The notes under the pieces were generated by a model. It was given only the letters and a program-made list of their open reading frames with translations, was not told the DNA's origin and did not search any database. This document shows positions 57,958 to 64,000 of a DNA stretch of 64,000 bases, piece by piece. Within the stretch, counting starts at the first letter, position 1. The number at the start of each line of letters is the position of its first letter. The translations under genes and the position numbers were made by a program. This stretch comes from Dehalococcoidia bacterium (GTDB taxonomy: Bacteria; Chloroflexota; Dehalococcoidia; UBA2979): NCBI GenBank assembly GCA_964291495.2, contig OZ219871.1, forward strand, positions 192,001-256,000, written 5' to 3'.

Positions 57958-59232
57958 ATGAAGGTCAGTATGTTCCACCTGATGCCGTACTCGGCGATGC
58001 CGGAAGAGCCGCCGCACGGCCCCGATTGGAAGACCGCGGGCATCTGGGTGGACCTCCCGAACTCGGTCTACCAGCCCGAGATCGGCAACGAGCTCTACAA
58101 CGAGTACCTCGACGAGCTCGAGTACGCCGAGCAGGTCGGCCTGGACGGCGTTTGCGTCAACGAGCACCACGCCAACATGTACGGCACGATGCCCTCGCCG
58201 AGCATCATGCTGGCCGCGCTCGCGCGCCGCACCAGCAAGGCCAACCTGATCGTGCTGGGCACCTCGATCGCGCTCTACAACCCGCCCACCCGTGTCGCCG
58301 AGGAGATGTCGATGATCGACGTGATCTCCGGCGGGCGCGTGGTCTGCGGCTTCCCCGTGGGCACCTCGCAGGACACGAACTGGGTCTACGGCATGTCGCC
58401 CTCGACCTTCCGCGAGCGCTACTACGAGGCCGAGGACCTGATCAAGAAGGCGATGGAGACGCGCGAGCCGTTCCACTACAACGGCAAGTACACGAAGCTG
58501 CGCTACGTCTCCATCTGGCCGCGCCCCGCACAGGAGCCGCGGCCCCCGATCTGGGTTCCCGGCGGCGGCTCGATCGAGACCTGGGACTGGACCATCGAGA
58601 AGGACCACGTCTACGCGGCCCTCAGCTACGGCGGCTACAAGCGCGCCCAGCAGACCCTCAACGGCTACTGGAGCCGCGTTCGCGAGCACGGCGCCGACGA
58701 GACCCCGTACCGTGCCGCCTACATGCAGCTGACGCTGGTCTCCGACTCCTACGAGCAGGCCAAGAAGGAGTACCAGGAGGGCGTCGAGTTCTTCTACCAG
58801 AAGCTGCTCGGCTCCACCGGCCGCTACTTCCCCGAGGCGCCCGGCTACCGCACCGAGGCCTCGATCCGGGCGGGCTTCGAGCGCAGCCTCGCGCTCGCGC
58901 AGGAGTCTGCCCCGCAGGCCGGTCGCAAGGCGCCCCAGGGCGCCGGCCCGTCCTGGGACCAGCTGGTCGAGGAAGGCAACATCGTCGCCGGTAGCCCGGA
59001 CGAGGTCGCCGAGAAGCTCGTCGACATCTCGAAGAGCCTGCGCATCGGCCACCTGCTGCCGCTGCTCCAGATCGGCAACATGCGGCGCGAGACCACGATG
59101 AAGAACATCAAGATGTTCGGCGAAGAGGTTCTGCCGCAGATCCACGACGTCTGGGACGACGAGGGCTGGGAAGACCGCTGGTCGCCGCGCCCGCTCGCCC
59201 AGCGCGTCTCGCCGGCGCCGGTCGGCGGATAG
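57958..59232 (+). CDS. LLM-class flavin-dependent monooxygenase
   Basis: NEHH, RVAEEMSMIDVISGGR and WPRPAQEPRPPIW motifs. Confidence 0.92.
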   Translation: MKVSMFHLMPYSAMPEEPPHGPDWKTAGIWVDLPNSVYQPEIGNELYNEYLDELEYAEQVGLDGVCVNEHHANMYGTMPSPSIMLAALARRTSKANLIVLGTSIALYNPPTRVAEEMSMIDVISGGRVVCGFPVGTSQDTNWVYGMSPSTFRERYYEAEDLIKKAMETREPFHYNGKYTKLRYVSIWPRPAQEPRPPIWVPGGGSIETWDWTIEKDHVYAALSYGGYKRAQQTLNGYWSRVREHGADETPYRAAYMQLTLVSDSYEQAKKEYQEGVEFFYQKLLGSTGRYFPEAPGYRTEASIRAGFERSLALAQESAPQAGRKAPQGAGPSWDQLVEEGNIVAGSPDEVAEKLVDISKSLRIGHLLPLLQIGNMRRETTMKNIKMFGEEVLPQIHDVWDDEGWEDRWSPRPLAQRVSPAPVGG

Positions 59233-59250
59233 CCGAGACGAATCGCACAC

Positions 59251-59281
59251 AACCGCCCGCCGGAGGGACCGGCGGGCGGTT
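59251..59281 (+). terminator. Intergenic stem-loop (terminator or mRNA stabiliser)
   Basis: AACCGCCCGCCGG-AGGGA-CCGGCGGGCGGTT, 13-bp stem. Confidence 0.65.
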
Positions 59282-59298
59282 CAGCACGGAGGTACAGG

Positions 59299-60087
59299 TT
59301 GACGACAGCCACGACCCACACTGAGCGGACCGTCTCGGTCCGGGACGGCGCCTTCGAGATCGAAGTGCGCGAGGGCGGCGACGGCCCGCCCCTGCTCTAT
59401 CTGCACAACATGATGGCCGAGTACGGCTGGTTCCCGTTCATGGATCGGCTGGCCGAGAACTTCCGCGTCATCGCGCCGATCTTCCCGGGCTTCCGGGAGT
59501 CCAGCGGCCTGCAGCACATCGACGAGCCCGTCGACACCGTCGTCTACCACAACGACCTGCTCGACGCGCTCGGCCTCGACAGCGTCACGCTGATGGGCCA
59601 CGAGCTGGGCGGCATGTTCGCCGCCGAGCTGGCCGCCCTCAGCCCGCACCGCGTCGACAAGCTCGTGCTGATCGACGCGTACGGGCTGTGGATCGAGGAA
59701 GTCCCCTGCCCGGACTACTTCGCCACGCCGCGCCGCACCCTGCCGACCCTGATGTGGCACGACCACATGTCCGAGGTCGCACAGGAGTACAACCCGCCGA
59801 CGCGTGACCCGGAGATCTCGATCCAGCGCACGCGCGCCCAGACGTCCGGCAGCCGCTTCCTCTGGCAGTTCCCGGACCGCGGGCTGGAGAAGCGCATCCA
59901 CCGCATCCAGTCGCCGACGCTGGTCGTCTGGGGCGAGTCGGACGGGCAGATCCCGCCCGAGTACGGCCAGGCCTTCAACGCGCTGATCCCGGGCTCGCAG
60001 CTGGTGACCATCCCCGAGGCCGGCAACCTGCCCCAGATCGAGCAGGTCGACGCCTTCATGGACGCCGTCTCCAGCTTCCTCGCGTAG
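59299..60087 (+). CDS. Alpha/beta hydrolase-fold protein lacking catalytic Ser and His
   Basis: GDGPPLLYLH, PGF, MGHELGG, TLVVWGESD, AGNLPQIE. Confidence 0.85.
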   Translation: MTTATTHTERTVSVRDGAFEIEVREGGDGPPLLYLHNMMAEYGWFPFMDRLAENFRVIAPIFPGFRESSGLQHIDEPVDTVVYHNDLLDALGLDSVTLMGHELGGMFAAELAALSPHRVDKLVLIDAYGLWIEEVPCPDYFATPRRTLPTLMWHDHMSEVAQEYNPPTRDPEISIQRTRAQTSGSRFLWQFPDRGLEKRIHRIQSPTLVVWGESDGQIPPEYGQAFNALIPGSQLVTIPEAGNLPQIEQVDAFMDAVSSFLA

Positions 60088-60112
60088 CCCGACTCCACGG
60101 CGAAGCAACGCG

Positions 60113-60134
60113 GCGGCCCCCTCGTGGGGGCCGC
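60113..60134 (+). terminator. Hairpin after the hydrolase-fold gene
   Basis: GCGGCCCCC-TCGT-GGGGGCCGC. Confidence 0.6.
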
Positions 60135-60216
60135 TTCGCGTCCGCGTTCGCCGCCGCGCTACCATGCGCGAACGCCGCGAGCGGCGCGGCACGACCGCCG
60201 CTGATCGGAGGCCGGG

Positions 60217-61581
60217 TTGGGCTGGCGCAACGAGTACGAGGCGAGACTGCTGTCACCCGGCGAGGCCGCGCAGCTGGTGCAGCGCGGCGACACGCTCTAT
60301 ACGCCCATCGGCGGCGACGCCTACGCCGTGATGCCGGCGCTGATCGCCCGCATCTCCGAGCTGGACCGCCAGGTCCGGATCCGCGCCTGCGCGCCGTCCC
60401 CAGAGCAGCAGTGGTTCAAGGACGATTTCGCCGCCCTCGGCTTCGACGCCAACCTCGAGGTCTACGCCGGACCGGGCGGGCGCGCCGCGCTCGACGCGCT
60501 CCGCGCCGACTACTACCCGCAGCTCTTCTCGACCCAGTTCAGCCACTACGACGACCGCGGCTCGCACGAGCCGATCGACGTCTTCATGTCCAGCTGCGCC
60601 CCGCCCGACGAGGAGGGCTACATCCACTTCGGCGGGGTGCCCTGGCACAAGGGAGACTTCGTGCGCCGCGCGGGCGTCTCGATCCTCGAGGTCTGCCCAT
60701 GGCTGCCCAACGTGCGCACGACCGAGCGCCTGCACGTGACCGAGGTCAGCGCCTTCGTCCTCACGGAGACCGCCGAACGCCCGCCGCCGCCCGCCCGCGA
60801 CTACCCGCCGGAGGGCCCGACGATCGCCGGGTTCGTCAACGGCATCATCGAGGACGGCGACACGGTCCAGCTCGGCGCCGGCCGCACCTCGATCTTCCTC
60901 GGCGACCTCGGTGTCTTCGACGGCAAGCGCGACATCGGCTGGCACTCCGAGGTCACGCCGCACGCGGTGCTCGAGCTGATGATCGAGGGCACGGTCAACT
61001 CCAGCCGCAAGTCGCTCGAGCCCGGCCTGCACGTGACCACGAGCGTGGCCCCCTGGAACGACGAGGAGGCGCGCTGGCTGGAGCACGGGCCGCTGGAGAC
61101 GCGCGCGGTGAGCGAGGTCAACCAGATCCAGGTCGTGGCGCAGCAGCGGCGCATGACCTCGATCAACAACGCGCTCAGCGTGGACCTCACCGGCCAGATC
61201 TGCGCCGAGTCGCTCGGCACAACCGTCTACCACGGCACCGGCGGGCAGCCCGAGTTCCACATCGGCGCCTTCATCGCGCCCGAGGGCAAGGCGATCACCG
61301 TGCTGCCCTCGACGGCGCGCGGCGGCGCGGTGAGCCGCATCATCGCCCGGGTGACGGACGGCTCCTACGTCACGATCCCGCGCTCGTTCGCCGACCACGT
61401 GGTGACGGAGCACGGGGTCGCGCGGCTCGCGGGCAAGAGCCAGCGCCAGCGCGCCGAGGAGCTGATCGCCATCGCGCACCCGGACCACCGCGGCGAGCTG
61501 CGGGCCGCCGCGCTGCGGCAGTACTACCCCGCCGGGTGGGAGGCTCCGCCCGCTCCCGGGCGGCAGGAGGAGGGCGCCTGA
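60217..61581 (+). CDS. Acetyl-CoA hydrolase/4-hydroxybutyrate CoA-transferase family
   Basis: DGDTVQLG, WHSE, DLTGQ, GTGGQPEF and IAHPDHR motifs. Confidence 0.9.
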   Translation: MGWRNEYEARLLSPGEAAQLVQRGDTLYTPIGGDAYAVMPALIARISELDRQVRIRACAPSPEQQWFKDDFAALGFDANLEVYAGPGGRAALDALRADYYPQLFSTQFSHYDDRGSHEPIDVFMSSCAPPDEEGYIHFGGVPWHKGDFVRRAGVSILEVCPWLPNVRTTERLHVTEVSAFVLTETAERPPPPARDYPPEGPTIAGFVNGIIEDGDTVQLGAGRTSIFLGDLGVFDGKRDIGWHSEVTPHAVLELMIEGTVNSSRKSLEPGLHVTTSVAPWNDEEARWLEHGPLETRAVSEVNQIQVVAQQRRMTSINNALSVDLTGQICAESLGTTVYHGTGGQPEFHIGAFIAPEGKAITVLPSTARGGAVSRIIARVTDGSYVTIPRSFADHVVTEHGVARLAGKSQRQRAEELIAIAHPDHRGELRAAALRQYYPAGWEAPPAPGRQEEGA

Positions 61582-62840
61582 TGGCGGACGGGCCGCTCAG
61601 CGGGATTCGTTTGCTGGACCTGTCCATCATCTACGCAGGTCCCTACGCGGGCATGCATCTCTCCGACCTCGGGGCGGACGTCGTGAAGGTGGAGGCGCCG
61701 AACGGCGACCCGTTTCGCAGCACAGGGGCAGTCGTGCCGGGGCAAAGCAAGGTCTTCCAGTACCTGAACCGCGGCAAGCGCAGCTTGGTGATCGACCTCG
61801 CAAGCGTCGAGGGGCGCGCGTTGCTGCACCGCATCGTGCCGGGCTTCGACGTGGTGCTGCACAACTACCGACCGGGCGTGCCGGAGCGACTGGGCTTCGG
61901 CTACGAGACGCTGTCCGCCCTGCGGCCGGACCTGATCTACGCGGAGGTGAGCGGCTTCGGCTCAAGCGGACCGATGGCCGATCTGCCCGGCAGCAATATC
62001 GTCGCCGAGGCCCACGGCGGCGCGATGGTGATGAGCGAGAAGACCGACGAGGACGGGGCGCCGATGCGCACCGGCGTGACGATGGCCGACCTCTCGACCG
62101 GCACGGCGCTGGCGATGGGCATCTGCGCCGCGCTGCTGCACCGCGAGCGCACGGGCGAGGGCCAGGTCGTCTCCGCCTCGCTGCTGCGCTCCGTGCTCTC
62201 CCAGACCGGCATGTTCAACATGCGCGAGCCGGTCACGGACGCGGCCGTACGCGACCCGATGATGGCCGAGGTCGCCGAGCTGCGAGCGCGCGGCGCCCCC
62301 TACCGCGAGCTGCTGGCGGCGCGCATGCGCTATCACGACACGCTGGGCGGCCCCTTCCACGGCGGCTACCGCGTCAGGGACGGCGCGCTCGCCATCGGAG
62401 CGCTCACCCCCGCCACCCGCGCCGCCGCGCAGGACGTCCTCGGCATCGACGAGAGTCCCGAGGACGAGGAAGCGGGAGACCCGGCGGAGCAGCGCGTGCG
62501 CATGGCGGAGGTCCGCCGCAAGGTCGCGGCCGTGCTGCTCGGCGACACGCGCGACCGCTGGCTGCAGCGCTTCGCCGAGGCCGGCGTGCCGGCCGCACCC
62601 GTCCACTTCCCCGAGGATCTCGCCGACGATCCGCAAGGCGCGACGCACTTCGTCGAAGTCGAGCACGAGCAACTGGGCGCGCAGCGCCAGGCCGCGCCTA
62701 TCGTCGATCTCTCAAGCTCCCCGACGTCAATCGCCTCGGGATCACCGGCCCTCGGGCGGCACACGCAGGAGATCCTGCACGAGCGGGGGGTCGGGGCGGG
62801 GGAGATCGAGGAACTGCGGCGGAGCGGCGTGATCGCCTGA
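61581..62840 (+). CDS. CaiB/BaiF class III CoA-transferase
   Basis: GPLSGIRLLDL, NRGKRS, NYRPG, MAD (catalytic Asp), PALGRHT. Confidence 0.93.
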   Translation: MADGPLSGIRLLDLSIIYAGPYAGMHLSDLGADVVKVEAPNGDPFRSTGAVVPGQSKVFQYLNRGKRSLVIDLASVEGRALLHRIVPGFDVVLHNYRPGVPERLGFGYETLSALRPDLIYAEVSGFGSSGPMADLPGSNIVAEAHGGAMVMSEKTDEDGAPMRTGVTMADLSTGTALAMGICAALLHRERTGEGQVVSASLLRSVLSQTGMFNMREPVTDAAVRDPMMAEVAELRARGAPYRELLAARMRYHDTLGGPFHGGYRVRDGALAIGALTPATRAAAQDVLGIDESPEDEEAGDPAEQRVRMAEVRRKVAAVLLGDTRDRWLQRFAEAGVPAAPVHFPEDLADDPQGATHFVEVEHEQLGAQRQAAPIVDLSSSPTSIASGSPALGRHTQEILHERGVGAGEIEELRRSGVIA

Positions 62841-62981
62841 GATTACGTTCTTACTGCTGCCCGATCCGCCCGTCCCGACCGCCCCAGACTTGTTTGCGCT
62901 GTTTGACTGCCAGCCGTCGCGGTTTCTATCATCCACGATCGGGCAGGAAGTCCGAGTGACTCCCCGGAGCGAGGAGGTTCC

Positions 62982-64000
62982 ATGAAGAGACTCACATTGC
63001 TGATCCTGGCGCTGTTTGCACTGGGGCTCGCCGTCGCCTGTGACGACGACGACGAGGGCGACGGCGGTGCCGTAGCCGGTAACACGGTCGCGACAGTCCA
63101 GGACCGCGGGGAGTTGCTCTGCGGCGTGAAGCAGACCCAGCCGCTGTTCGGCTTCAAGGAGGCCGACGGCTCGGTCACCGGGTTCGACGTCGAGTTCTGC
63201 AAGGCGATCGCTGCCGCGACGCTCGGCGACGCCAACGCCGTTGAGTACGTGGACGCCTCGGACGCCTCGACGCGCTTCGAGTTGCTCGCCGACGAGCAAA
63301 TCGACGTTCTGATCCGCACGACGACGATCACCGCCTCGCGCGACCGCGAGCTGGGCGTCGACTTCGCGCAGACGACCTTCTACACCGGTCAGGGTTTCGC
63401 GGTGCACGCGGGCTCCGGCATCGCGTCCACTGAGGACATGGACGGCACGACCATCTGTGTGCAGTCCGGCACAACGACCGAACAAAACCTGGCGGACCAC
63501 TTCACCGACATCGGCAAGAGCTACACGCCGCTCGGCGGTGGCGACCAGGAGACGCAGGACGCGTTCGTGTCCGGGCGCTGTGACGTTTGGACGGCTGACC
63601 AGAGCAACCTCGCCTCGCGGATCGGGGTCCTGGACAACGCCTCGGACTTCGTAATCCTTGGTCAACTGATCTCGAAGGAGCCGCTGGCGCCTGGCGTCCG
63701 CGACTACGACAGCGAGTGGAAGGACGTGGTCAACTGGGTCGTGCACGGCCTGATCGCGGCCGAGGAACTCGGCATCACCCAGGCGAACGTGGCAGGCTTG
63801 GCTGCGAACCCGCCGAACACCACGATCGCGCGCCTGCTCGGCGTGCCGTTCGAAGGCGGTTCGGTCTCCACACTGGGCTTCGACTCGGTCGACGCGCAGT
63901 TCATCCAGCGGGCAATCGCTGCCGTCGGTAACTACGGCGAGATTTACGAGAACACGGTCGGCGACGCCGTACCGCGTCCATGCTCGCTGAACGCCCTCGC
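62982..64000 (+). CDS. Amino acid ABC transporter substrate-binding lipoprotein, AapJ/BztA-like (3' truncated)
   Basis: RBS GAGGAGG; MKRLTLL...AVAC lipobox; RGELLCGV, GFDVEFCKAIAAA, ISKEPL, AVGNYGEIYE; runs off the window. Confidence 0.92.
   Translation, partial: MKRLTLLILALFALGLAVACDDDDEGDGGAVAGNTVATVQDRGELLCGVKQTQPLFGFKEADGSVTGFDVEFCKAIAAATLGDANAVEYVDASDASTRFELLADEQIDVLIRTTTITASRDRELGVDFAQTTFYTGQGFAVHAGSGIASTEDMDGTTICVQSGTTTEQNLADHFTDIGKSYTPLGGGDQETQDAFVSGRCDVWTADQSNLASRIGVLDNASDFVILGQLISKEPLAPGVRDYDSEWKDVVNWVVHGLIAAEELGITQANVAGLAANPPNTTIARLLGVPFEGGSVSTLGFDSVDAQFIQRAIAAVGNYGEIYENTVGDAVPRPCSLNAL

Overview
This is a high-GC bacterial chromosome segment, probably Chloroflexota/Dehalococcoidia (Tepidiformales/SAR202-like). 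That placement is inferred from gene content, not from a marker gene. 1-15 kb: caa3-type cytochrome c oxidase (ctaG, ctaCDEF), a complete System I cytochrome c maturation operon with two uncharacterised extra genes, ctaA/ctaB, and a Mo-oxidoreductase/cytochrome b pair. 15-45 kb: housekeeping genes (rsmG, tRNA-Ala(GGC), leuS, rsmD-coaD, htrA, greA-lysS, serS) interrupted by accessory genes (DUF2442/DUF4160 TA pair, a post-tRNA block, SulP). 45-64 kb: a CoA-thioester/flavin catabolic region (TcuA-like, three CaiB CoA-transferases, three crotonases, two LLMs, nitronate monooxygenase) ending in an AapJ-like ABC binding protein. The most notable observations are: (i) a 14-blade RCC1-repeat gene inserted as a clean cassette between 40-bp direct repeats, with no mobility gene; (ii) an unannotated 56-aa membrane peptide plus a DinB-family gene behind a promoter with three LexA-like boxes; (iii) two Gre factors, one catalytic and fused to an integrase-like N-terminal domain, the other lacking the catalytic D/E; (iv) a ferredoxin-TM-PD(D/E)xK-like fusion; (v) an LLM paired with an apparently inactive alpha/beta hydrolase. 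All calls are from reading motifs by eye; no database searches were run.
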